64,000 nt of DNA from Isurus oxyrinchus (lineage: Eukaryota): the NCBI GenBank assembly GCA_026770705.1, contig JANJGN010000018.1, forward strand, positions 78,182,001 through 78,246,000, in the 5' to 3' direction. Positions 40,015-51,306 of this stretch are shown piece after piece. Each line of letters starts with the position of its first letter. The first letter of the stretch is position 1. Below the pieces are notes generated by a model. It was not told the DNA's origin. It ran no database searches and saw only the letters and a program-made list of their open reading frames with translations. The translations under genes and the position numbers were made by a program.

Positions 40015-40374
40015 CTTCCACTGCAATGCGTGTACCTTTACCTATTTTCTTTTGTGGAGGGGGAGGTATTTCAAAAGAAACTTCACAGAAATAAATGTCG
40101 GAGTCATTTAAATGAAGATCATAGATTATTAACAATGAGGATTTTGTTGAGAGGTCCACTGTAATGTTCGCATGTTCTGCACAATGCCCGAGAGAAGTAA
40201 AATTGTTTATATTTTCCAGGTGTTGACAGAATGGTTCTTCACTGGTGTTTCTCTTCCATATAATCCTCCACTGTTCATCTGTATCACTGTATGAACAATT
40301 TATTTGTGCAATGCCCCCCTTCAGCACTCTGATTTCTGGTGGTGTTTGGAACACAGTTAGCTGTTTGCTTCTCA
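40015..40374 (-). CDS. Ig-superfamily VJ-C1 receptor, exon 2: V-set domain with germline-encoded J-like strand (CD28/TMIGD2/NKp30-like)
   Basis: 360-nt phase 1-1 exon (acceptor ttttacttcag, donor GAAG|gtgag) inside ORF 39917..40474. B-strand Cys (AQINCSY), C-strand Trp (IIWKR), DSDIYFC motif, G-strand IGKGTRIAVE, and an extra Cys pair FCQ...LGHC. Confidence 0.93.
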
Positions 40375-40784
40375 CTGAAGTAAAAACAAAAAGGATTAAC
40401 AATAAAGAATCTCCCATCAGTAATGAATGTACTCTGTACTGGATGTAAAACTCCATTTGTTGTTTGTAGTTCAACGAATTGAGTAAAAATAAAGACCAAT
40501 GTGAATCTTTTTGCCGGAAAAGAAGTAAAATTGTTGGGATGTATTGATGATTTCTTACCTCCCAGCACCAATCTGTTAAATGAAATCTGTGTAAATGATA
40601 GAATTTCTAAAATTCTATCCTTTATTGACCTCCTTTCGTCAAATTATTGCTTACCCTTGCATGTTTTTTTTTCTCGTTCTCAGCTCATTGTTCTGTGCTT
40701 TTCTTCACAATTTCTGCTCACTTCCCTCCCCTTGCATATACTCAACATAATATAAAATAAAAATGGCCTTTACTACAAGTACTA

Positions 40785-40930
40785 AAAGCAAAATACTGCA
40801 GATGCTGGAAATCTGAAACAAAAACAGATAATGTTGGAAAACTCAGCAGGCCAAACACCATCTGTGGAGAGAAAACACAGAGTTAACGTTTTGAGTCCAT
40901 ATGAGTCACACGGACTCGAAACGTTAACTC
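40785..40930. mobile_element. Penelope-like end fragment with short terminal inversion (intron 1)
   Basis: Penelope end followed by the inverted repeat gagttaacgttttgagtcc...ggactcgaaacgttaactc. Confidence 0.75.
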
Positions 40931-41013
40931 TTTTTTTTTCTTTTTTTTTTCCTCCCCCTGCAATTAATGGTGACTGCAGTCTTTTACGATGTTAGACTTG
41001 AAATAAGTCTTAC

Positions 41014-41077
41014 CTGCAATTAGAAAGAATTGAAGCAAAACACAAAGTCTGATCACTTGTGTTCTCAGATGTATCAT
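41014..41077 (-). CDS. Ig-superfamily VJ-C1 receptor, coding exon 1 (signal peptide MIHLRTQVIRLCVLLQFFLIA)
   Basis: ATG at 41077; 21 codons + 1 nt; hydrophobic core LCVLLQFFLIA; donor GCAG|gtaag (phase 1), in frame with the V exon. A polypyrimidine acceptor (tttcttttctcatatattcag) lies 10 nt upstream of the ATG. Confidence 0.8.
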
Positions 41078-42479
41078 TTCATTTGTCCTGAATATATGAG
41101 AAAAGAAATCATTAACGTTGATGAAAGAATAAATACTTGGTTAGTATGTTATGAAAGTATCATTTACAGCAATGACTTACACCCGTAATGTCAAGAAATG
41201 ATCCAAGGTGCTTCACAATAAGTGTAAGGAAAGTGGACCCCGACCCAGGAAGGGAAAAATTCGGACTGAAAGCTTGGTCAGAGAAATGTGCCTAGAGAAG
41301 ATTTTTAAAAGTAGAAAGAAAGGTGAAGATGCAGTGAATTTCAGAAAGGGATTCCAAAGATTAATGCCCCAAAATGTGATAGGGCCCAAAAACAGGCATA
41401 GAGACTAATAACTTTTAAAAAGATATTTGAAGTCCAGTGACTGATTGAAAAGATCGCATGACAATATTTCAAATTTTAAGACCTTTGCTATAATAGACAA
41501 GCTAAAAGCAACAATGACAAAACACTATTTTTGTAGGCAACTTATACTCTCAACTGCAGAAAAGTTTCCCCATGTAATTTCTGAAACATCCAAGATCCTC
41601 TGCCATGATTATACTTTACACTGTCCCCAAATTAGATATTATATTCTTCCAGAACCAGTCCTAGGCACCCTTTTTCTATTCCAAATGACTTGCTCCTATT
41701 TTTCTTTCCCAGCTGGGTAACTTCTAGTTCCAGGAGTGACTTTCACTGTGAGGGTTACATTGGAGATTCCTTCCTTCTAGCCCAAGCTGCATGAATCTTC
41801 CATCCTCTTTTAGGACCTCAAGAATTCATTCTTTTCAATCTGAGCGCAAGCTCCCAACCGTATTCTGCATGGTGAACAATAGAGTCAGTGTTTTCTCTGC
41901 TTCAGGTGCACCACTGGCTGCCACTATTTTTCTGCTCTCTTTCTCTCTTAGATTCTTGCGGACTGATTTGGGTCTGTGAGGTTCAGTGATATCTTATGAA
42001 ACCTTGTAACCTGATGCTACAATGGCTTGCTGTGGACTCTTCTTTGCATGGCAACTTGAATCACATGGACCTTGTATCCACATTGAAATACCAATTAGCT
42101 ATCCGCTTGACCCCACCCCCCACCCCGCAACTCCATTCTAGCTTAGAATTAGACAGTTTAAAGTATAAGCATTTATAAAACCTGGCATCCCTATCACTTC
42201 ACTGTGAAACTTGGAGAGTAACAGTCTACCCGCAGTCAGCACAGATGCTCTTGCCATTGTTTACAGGTGCGAACATCTAGACCTTCTTCCTAGTAAGACC
42301 CTCTTTAATTTTAACAACCAAGCTTGTTGTTGGGAAGAATTCAGAGCAGATCACATGACTCCCTTCATTCCTCCATTTTACCTTAAATTATTGAGACAGT
42401 CCCAAAACAATCTTATAAGCTTTGTATATCTAACAGTATTATGATGTATCATTAACCTGTGCCCATTCTTTGTGATGCA

Positions 42480-45100
42480 TGCATGGCAGCTCAATGCCAA
42501 GATTTCAGTGCTCTGCCAGCACTAAGCGTACTAGCTGCACATCCGAGCACAGGATGCAAAATCTTCAGTGGTTAGGCCACTTAAAACCAGCCTGAGCATA
42601 TTAAAGGGTGTTTTAACTTCAGCAGGTTCTGGAAACGACTGGGGAAGAGGATCTGGCAGAAAGAGCACTGAATAATGGCACAAGAGAGCAGAGAGTGTGC
42701 TCTAATTTTCTCCAGTGAGGCATTAGAGGTGGACATGAGGAGCAATGTCCTCTCTCCACAAAGGGCCAGGAGGGTTTCCAGACAACTCGGTGAAGGCAGT
42801 TGGAACGAATAGCCATTGCCAACCGTGGCAGCAGTCTAGCTCTGAGGACCTGGATGCAGTGATGCAAGAAGTCCAATGATCTCATATGAGTGGTCAAGGT
42901 CAGTGACTGCATCTTCTAGTGCCATATCCTTACACCTGAGCCATTAGCATCACATATTGTTCAACTGATCACTGCCCTTCACTCACCTACTAATAACCTA
43001 TATTAGCCGTGGTTCAAAACCTCATATTCATAGCTTCACCTCACTTAGCTCTGAGATAAGCCTCAAACCCACATTTCACAGCTTGCACACACTGCCAGCT
43101 GTTCAACCATGACAGGTACATCACCCAAACAGATTGCACTATGCTCACTGGCACACCTCCTTCTCTCTTCCAAGACAAGATAGTGCAAAACCACAGGCAG
43201 CATAACCTAACCAGTGTGGGTCAGGCATGGCTGCATGTCCTTACCAAAGTGGAGTAGATGGTGGTCTCCATTATTGGAGCGACCTGGCTGAGGCCAATGG
43301 CCAGAGGCAAACGTGAACATGATGGTATGTTCATTCCTAATCCTTCTTTTCATTTCCCACTTCTCCCTCATCCTACAATCTCCCCTGGTTTACAAACTGC
43401 AGATTGTATAAACATGTGCTTCTTGTTTTCTTTCCTTTCCTTCACCTTTGGCTGGAATTTTCCCTGAATTGCACTCAATGTGAAAAAACACGCTTTTCCC
43501 ACCAGCTGCAAGAGCAGGTTTTTGTGCCATATCACCTACTTCCTGCCTCATTAATTATGCAGTCACAGGAAACACGCCCCTGAATTGCCCCCCGTCCCCC
43601 CCTGCCATTCCCTCACCACTTCCTCAGTCTGGGTGCCATATCTAAACTGCAGCTGCCCACACAGCTCTCAATGCTTGCAGCCCAGAACTGCTCCAGTGAA
43701 GACATGGCCTCAAAAGCCAAGAAGAGTCCAGTGACCCGTCACTGGAATGCCTTTTGGAGGCGCGCCGTGATGTCCTCTGCACCCACTCTGGCCGCAGGAG
43801 ATTGAGCAAGCTCACCACTCTAGCTTTGTAGGTGATGGCAGTGATGCTCAGTGCCAATGCTGCACAGAAGAGGTTGGCCATCCAGTGCAGAAAAAGGATG
43901 AATTATCTCATCCGTGCCACCAGGGTAAGGCAACAATCTCTCCACTTTAAACTCACACACACACACAAGCCCATCACACATTCACTGGCATCTCACTCAC
44001 TACCAGTTCAAGGGACATCACCACTCACTCTCCCACACACACCCTCACATCACCATTTGGCCTTATCTCCTCTGGGGACTGCCTGCTCAGCCCTCACCAT
44101 CTTGAGGCCACTTGCACAGATCAACATGTGTCCCCACACACACCCTGGGATACCCTCCTTCCCCAGTACAGCCCTCACCCTGCAGCCTCTTCCCTTTCCT
44201 GAAGCCACTTCTCCCTCTTCCCCAAGCACTAGGCTCTGCAGGTGTTGAAAAGCCACTGCCACCTTACGGCTGGTCTGGGGGCCGGGAGCCCCCTTAAAAG
44301 CGATGTGGGCTGCCTGCGATCTGTGGCACTGATGACTGCAAGTGCTGAATAGAGCAAGGAAGGCAAACAAACCTCAAAGTCCTGAGTGAAGTGTAGGTCA
44401 CCAGGTACATGTCGTTTATGTACTGTTGTGAAACATGTCGGTGTGATGTGAGTTCATGATCTAGCTGCGGGGGGGGGGGGATGATTCCAGCAAGCAGGAT
44501 TATAATAAGATTCTAATGTATTGAAATTAGCTTCCTGATATATGGCAATGGGAAATGCAGCCCACCATTGAAGGATGGAGTGGACAATCGCAAACTGATT
44601 TTATGACAACGTGAAACCGATTTTTGCAATCTGCCGATATTTTTTGCTTCCGCCCTCTATGATGCCCGCCGCAAGCGGGAGTGGAAAATCCCATCTTTTG
44701 CGCCTTTCTCCTTTCACATATCCAAGAGTTGCAACCTGACCAGGCGGTGGTGCAGGAGCTGGAAGTGGAAGGGAAGGAGGAGGTTGATGATGGAGAAACA
44801 CCACCACTCGCTCTCCCGCTTTCAGCCACCAGTTCAAATGCTGGCTCTGCACGTTCTTTAGAGGATAACTTCGAGGCTGATCTGTTTGTGGGGAGGCACT
44901 GGGTAAAACTGCAGCCAGGATTAAGGGGAAAGGATAGTGCAAATGTCAGCTCACCAAAGGGATGCAGTACACGAGTTCCTCAGTAGAGGGCAAATGGGGG
45001 CTTCAATGGGACGCCTACAAGAAAAGCTGATGGGTATGCATAATAAAGTGGTACACCAGCAGACCTGTCAGAAAACCTGCAGTTACTTTAAAGGAATATG
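42480..45100 (+). mobile_element. Old Harbinger Myb/SANT gene remnant
   Basis: Degenerate RTWMQ.CKKSNDL and KIVQNHRQHNLTSVGQAWLHVLTKVE segments; interrupted at 43450. Confidence 0.55.
43450..44695. mobile_element. Non-autonomous Harbinger element (same family as 26155-27275), nested in an older Harbinger
   Basis: TIRs ggctggaattttcc / ggaaaatcccatc with ttt flanks; ORF 43832 contains IQCRKRMNYL. Confidence 0.8.
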
Positions 45101-47479
45101 GAGCAGTCCGACTGGGGCAGGGAGTGTGGAGGCACTTGTAAAATCCAGCACGTGGCCTGCCCACCTCCTTCCCACCTGTCCCAACCTGTCTTCTATTTTA
45201 CGGTAGGGTGGTTGAGGTATGTCCATCCTTGGGCCTAAAGAGGCCCTTAAGTGGTCAATTAATGCCACTATTTTACCAGAGGAGTAGAAAGGCCATGTCA
45301 AATGATAGCCTAGCAGCTTTACTGGGCAGGCTGGTGTAGGACAAGGGGTGGGGACCTCCTTTGGGAGTCCCCTGTGCCCACTGAAGGCACTCCCATCGAG
45401 CTCATACTCCCCGTTTAAGCCTCCCTCTGGCCTCTCAAACCCAGCCCCATGCCTACCTTGCTGGGGCTTGTCAGCCAAGCCTTGCCGGTACTCTGGACTG
45501 ACCTTAAGTCTGACCTCCATAACCTCCTCTTCTTTGGCGACTGTCTGGAGTCAACAGTGGCCACCACTTGAACCTGTCACTGCTGCAGCTCCAGAGCTGC
45601 CAGCTAATGGGATTAACTGGCAGCTCGCTAAGGTGGGACGCCCAGCCCAGATGGGGGCAGAAGCCTTGCCCTGAGCGAATTAACTGAACATAAAATAGTG
45701 TGGGGCAGCTGGCTTTTTTATGGGCAGGCTCCCGACTGAGTTCATAGTCAAGGGCAGAGAACACTGCATCCTATAAAACCCAGAGTCCTGTTCCTTACTG
45801 AGGCTGGGAGTGGAGAATTGCCTCCTGAAAGCCCTTCTCCTACTCCTTCAGACAAATCAATGGTTATCAATATCGATCTGTGCCATACTTGCTCATTCTC
45901 CCCATCATGCTACCAGCCAAGAGGTATAGAAACTATTGAAGCCATGACTGACAGCAAGTGACTTGACCAGAACCCTTGAAGCGAGAAGCAAGGCCCTCAC
46001 CACATGCTACACCAGTAGACTTCAGCAACTTTAAGTAACAGTACAAACTTCCAAACTGCTAATTCAGCAAAGCCAGGAAAAATCGATCATCATCTAACCT
46101 AAAAGTGGTTGATGATCTCACTGCTGAACGCATATTCAGTTTGTGGCATAGTAAGTAGAGGGCATTAGCTGGAGAGCTGAGGTCCAAAATGGCACCATTA
46201 GGTTCAAATTGGCTTTGCATAACGACTGATGTCATGATCTGCCTACTCTGCACACTTCTTACTTCCAGCACCCGTACTAATGAACTACCCAAAACCGAGT
46301 CCAGTACAGCCCACAACAGAAGTGTGTGTGCATGGTGTGTGTACCATTTTGGACCTGAAAATAGCAAAAATACAAGAACCTTGCAACTTAATTTTTCAGT
46401 CTAACAGGGAGGCAATGGAATTAAAGATTTGGGTTAAAGGGGAGAAGGGCAGAAAGTTAGAGTGGGAGGAGTTATGAGTTTGGTTGGTGCATCAACTTAC
46501 TCTCCATAGATATCAGCAGGTAAAATACTTACCTTGTTTTGGTAGTTTATTATTTATTGGCTTATTTTCTATCTGCTGAAGTTTCTTTAAATCACCCATA
46601 TCTGAAACTGCAGATACAGAGCTGCTCCAAGGCTGAGCTACCAGCTGAAACTCAGGGTCTGAGTTTTGGTCATTCACCTCTCAAAACTCAGCCTTACCCA
46701 ATCCTATTTGCACTTACATTTCTTATTTAAAGCTGTTTTCAGTGTTATGGGCTGGAAGTTTGAAAAAGTTTATTTTTGGCACTCTTTATAGCGAATAAAT
46801 CTTAAACCTTGAAGAACACCTGGCTCATATTATGCAACTTGAGGAATGGACAAATATATGGGAATGGATTCAATTTTTTTAAAGCAGATTTTCCTTTACT
46901 ACATGTAGGCAGTAGAGTTTGGTGAGATATTTGTGCACGTCATTGTACTTTGACACTGACACACCCAAGGAAATCAGGTTCAGCATTTAGTTTCCCTCAA
47001 CAGGTTTTTAAACTGAAATACTGGGAGGCTGCTAAAATGTACAGTGAACGTTCTGTTTCTATAATTCCTGATGTATTCTAACAGATATTAAAAAGATCAC
47101 ATCGCTCTAGCCCACTGTTTTCCATCCATCCCTGACATTTACCCATGGTGATGATATTAAACTGTTTCAGTTTCTCTCTTGACAGAAGAATTCCAACTCA
47201 TTTTACAACAACCAGTTTTCCTGGTTCAGCAGGATTTTTCATTGGTTTTTTCATTCCTACATTTAAAGTGGAGATTTTACAAATTTTTGGTTTATTCAGA
47301 TCACACTCACAAGCAACATGAGTTAAAGCAGAATCTAAGTTAAATGATATGGGGGTACAAATGAACTGATAATCTGAAGTAACCAAAATTGGACCATGGA
47401 TGATAATAAGCAAATATTTAAAATGTGACCTAGCTTATCTCAGTTTGATGTTGGCACATGCCTATATATTAAAAATGTT

Positions 47480-48504
47480 GCCTTGGGATGCATGTTGGTA
47501 TTTTCTCAGTTGTAGCATGGGTGGGAACTTACTACATAGCTTGGCCAACATGTATAGGGCACCAGGGAATTAGCAAGCTGAACGAAAATGGACAGGAATT
47601 GCTGAAGATATGCTGTTACCAAAGACTCTGTGTGACAAGCAGCTACTTCCAAACCAAGCCCTGTCACTAGGTGTCCTGGAGACCATGAGATCATGCCACA
47701 GGCATCAGTTAGATCTCATCATCGCCATACGTACCACCTTCAATGTCCTCGTCACTTTTGGTTATCACAGCACGGTCTGTGACACTGACCATTCTCTGGT
47801 GTGTAACAAGGTCAGACTTGAGCCAAGGAAAATATACCACACAAGGAGAAAGGTCCTTCTTGGATCAAATTTGCAATACCATTGACCCAGAAAGGACCCA
47901 GGAGTTCCTCAACATCCTCAAGCTGGGTCTTTTGGAAAATATTGCCCAAGGCCAGAGTGTGGTGTCAAAGTGTGATCATCTGCGTAACGCCATCTACAAC
48001 TCTGCAGATTAGAGGAATGCTGACTGGTTTGAGGCTTTTTTGACTGAAATGGAGCCAGTTACTGCAACCAAGAGGAGAGCCCCCATGAACTACAAGCAAG
48101 TCCCCAGCAAACAAAACCTGGATGTGCTCAGAGCGACCAGAATCAAGTCTCAGCGCACTACTGGGCACTGCGCTAATCAATACTGATTGAAACTCTGCAA
48201 CAGTATGCAACCCGCTGCTGAATCCAAGGATGCTAGAGGGATGTATGAAGGAATCAAGAAAGCAACAGGCCCAGCAGCAACCAAACCAATCCCCTCGAAA
48301 ACAAAGACAGAGATGATCATCACTGAGCCTAGTAAGCAGATGGAAAGGTGGGGGGAGCACTACCTCGAACTCTATGCAGCAGAGAATGTTGTCACTGAAG
48401 AAGCTCTCAGTGCCATTCCAGTCTTCCCCGTCATGGCAGAGTTGGACAGCAAGTCCACCAGTGTGGAGCTCAACAAGGCCATTGACCATCTTGCCAGTGG
48501 TAAA
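47480..48504 (+). mobile_element. RTE-clade LINE fragment (endonuclease to tether region)
   Basis: GISKLNENGQELL...CVTSSYFQTKPCH, HQLDLII, CDTDHSLV, MYEGIKKATGP and MERWGEHYLELY. Confidence 0.75.
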
Positions 48505-50420
48505 AGAATCTTGGAATCACAGAATTTTAACGGCACAGAAGGAGGCCATTTGGCCCATCGTGTCTTCACCGGCTCTCCAAATGAGCATTATGACCTAATG
48601 CCATTTTCCTGCCTTTTCCCCCGTACCCCTGTACATTGTTGCTATTCAAATAATCATCTAATGCCCTCTTGAATGCCTTGATTGACCCTGCCTCCACCAC
48701 AGTTCCAGGCAGTGCATTCTGGACCCAAACTATTCATTGTGTGAAGAAGTTGGTTCTCACGTCACACTTGCTTCTTTTGAAAATCACTTTAAATTTGTGC
48801 CCTCTCATTCTTGATCCTTTCACAAGCAGGAACAGCTTCTCCCTATCTACCCTTCTTGATTTTGAACATCTCTATCAAATCTCCTCTTAGCCTTCTTCTC
48901 TCTAAGGAGAACAGTCCCAATGTGTCTTTGTAACTGATGTTTCTCATCCCTGGAACCATTCTTGTAAACCTCTTCTGCACTCTCTCCAATGTGTTCATCC
49001 CCTACCTATAATATGGAGCCCAGAACTGTACACAATACGCCAGCTGAAGTCTAACGAGTGTCTTATATAATTTCAACATAACGTCCTTGCTCTTGTACTC
49101 TATACCCCTATTAATAAAGCCCAGGATAATATATGCTTTATTAACTGCTGTGTCCACCTGTCCTGCCACTTTCTATGATCTATGCACATATACACCCAGG
49201 TCTTTCTGTTCCTGCACTCCCTTTAACATTTCACCCCTTATTTTATATTGTCTGTCCATGCTCTTCTTACCAAAGTGTATCACCTCACACTTCTCCACAT
49301 TAAAATTCATCTGCCACCTATCTGCCCACTCCACCAACTTGACCATGACCTTTTGAAGTTCTATGCTGTCCTCCTCATAGTTTACAAACTCCCAAGTTTC
49401 GTATCATCCACAAACTTTGAAATTGTCCCCTGCACACCAAGATCTAGATTGTTAATATATATCAAGAAAAGCAAGGGTCCCAATACCAAACCCTGGGGAA
49501 CTCCACTACAAACCTTCCTCCAGCTTGAAAAATATCCATTGACCATTATTCTCTGCTTCCTATTTTTCAGCCAATTTTGTATCCACATTGCTACAGTCCC
49601 TTTTATTCCCTGAGCAATAACTTTGCTCACAAGTCTGTTGTGAGGTGCTGTATTGAATGATTTTTGAAAGTCCATATACACAACATCAACAGCATTACCC
49701 TCATCGGCCTTTTCTGTTACCTCTTCAAAATACTCCAGCAAGTTAGTTAAACACCATCTTCCCTTTAGTAATCCATGCTGGCTCTTACTTATCAACCCAT
49801 TTGTTTCCATGTTACTCCTAATGCTATCCCAAATAATTGTTTCTAGAATCTTGCCCACTGCTGGCATTAAGCTGACTGGTCTGTAATTGCTGGGCTTATC
49901 CTTACAACCTTTTTTGAACAAGGGTGTAATGTTTGCAATTCTTCAGTCCTCTGGCACCTCCCCTTTCAATATCCTTAGATGCATCTCGTCCAACCCCAGT
50001 GCCTTGTCAACTTTAAGTGATGATAGTCTAATCTACACTTCCTCCTATCAATTTTGAACCCTTCTAGTGACAGAGTTTCCTCATCTGTCACCATGGCCTG
50101 GGTAGCATCTACCTCCTTGGTAAAGACGGATGCACAATATTCATTTAATACCTCAGCCATGGCCTCTTCATCCATGTGTAAATTCCATTTTAGGTCCCTA
50201 ATCGGTCCTACTCCTCCTTTTACCACCGTTTTACTATTTATATGACTATAGAAGAATTTGGGATTCCCCTTTATGTTGACTGCCAGTCTTTTCTCAGAAT
50301 CCCCCTTCGCTTCTCTAATATACTTTTTCACCTCCCCTCTGAACCTTCTGTATTCCTCTTGGTTCTCAATTGTATTTTCTACCTGACACATGTCATAATC
50401 ACTCGTTTTCTTCTTTATCC
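48505..50420 (-). mobile_element. CR1 LINE, 5'-truncated, decayed
   Basis: ORFs 49382..49921 ([38 protein letters not shown]) and 49975..50391. Confidence 0.92.
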
Positions 50421-51085
50421 TGATGAATGTAATGAATCGCAGTTTAAAAAAATCGAATGCTTTTTTCTGTCATGGAAATGGACACCTCATGAGACATCAT
50501 TGTAAAGATAGAATCAGGCAGACTTTCAAACAAAAGCAAAAACCCAATGTGATCTACAGCACTGAAAAACCTGATGTAATAGATTCAGATATTTATTCAT
50601 TGTATAATTTAAAGATAGGAAGAACAGAACCTACCTATGTAACCATGAGAGTGAATGAGAGGCCGATCAGAATGGAGGTAGATACAGGAGTCCACTGTGG
50701 TGATAGGTTAGCATACTTTTAATACCTGAATCATGGGGAACGTAAACTAAATTTGGAAGAAACAGATGCCAAATTGAAAACTTACACAGGAGAAGACATA
50801 CAAGTCAAGGGCATAAGTAAAGTCACAGTACACTATGGAGGTCAAACAGTGAAATTGCCCTTGATGGTAGTAGCGGGCGAAGGATCTAGCCTCCTTGGAC
50901 GAAACTGGCTGAAAGAAATTAAATTGGAAAGGTCTGAAATCTTCCAACTGAGAGCTAATGGGCTATCAGAGCTACTACAAAAATATGCCTGAGTCTTCAA
51001 GGGCGAACTTGGGAAAATTGGGAGGATACAAGCAAAGATGAATGTTGTCCAGAGGCAACACCCAGATTCATGAAGGCAAGACCAG
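50421..51085 (+). mobile_element. Gypsy gag-protease remnant
   Basis: Zinc-knuckle remnant, PIRMEVDTG protease motif and SLLGRNWL; related to the 11345 element. Confidence 0.8.
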
Positions 51086-51089
51086 AGAG

Positions 51090-51306
51090 GGAGATCTCTC
51101 TCTATCTCTCCACCCACCACACACACACCTTAAACCAGCTTATATTTCAACTTTTTCTTGGACTCGAACTCAAGTTCTGTCGAAGGGTCATGAGGACTCG
51201 AAACGTCAACTCTTTTCTTCTCCGCCGATGCTGCCAGACCTGCTGAGTTTTTCCAGGTAATTCTGTTTTTGTTTTGGATTTCCAGCATCCGCTGTTTTTT
51301 TGTTTT
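51090..51306 (+). mobile_element. Penelope-like 3' end fragment (same subfamily as the 14340 copy)
   Basis: Near-identical to the reverse complement of 14345-14530. Confidence 0.88.

Noticed and set aside
39917-40474. ORF 39917..40474 as a single-exon secreted protein with its own signal peptide (SLLLILFVFTS)
   Set aside because: The hydrophobic stretch is the translated polypyrimidine tract of the acceptor. A proper phase-1 leader exon exists at 41014-41077, and the ORF's C-terminal part is intron read-through.
41740-41973. Possible coding exon upstream of the leader
   Set aside because: The acceptor is weak, the frames I translated close early, and there is no recognisable domain.
38453-42210. 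Rearranging Ig/TCR locus (V segment with RSS, separate J)
   Set aside because: The J-like strand is inside the V exon and followed directly by a splice donor. The CACAGTG heptamers I checked (about 41745, 42200, 24246, 51366) have no convincing nonamer at 12 or 23 bp. No second V or C exon was found.
47186-47345. Plus-strand exon after tttctctcttgacag
   Set aside because: Short frames with no recognisable protein and no partner plus-strand exons that I could link.
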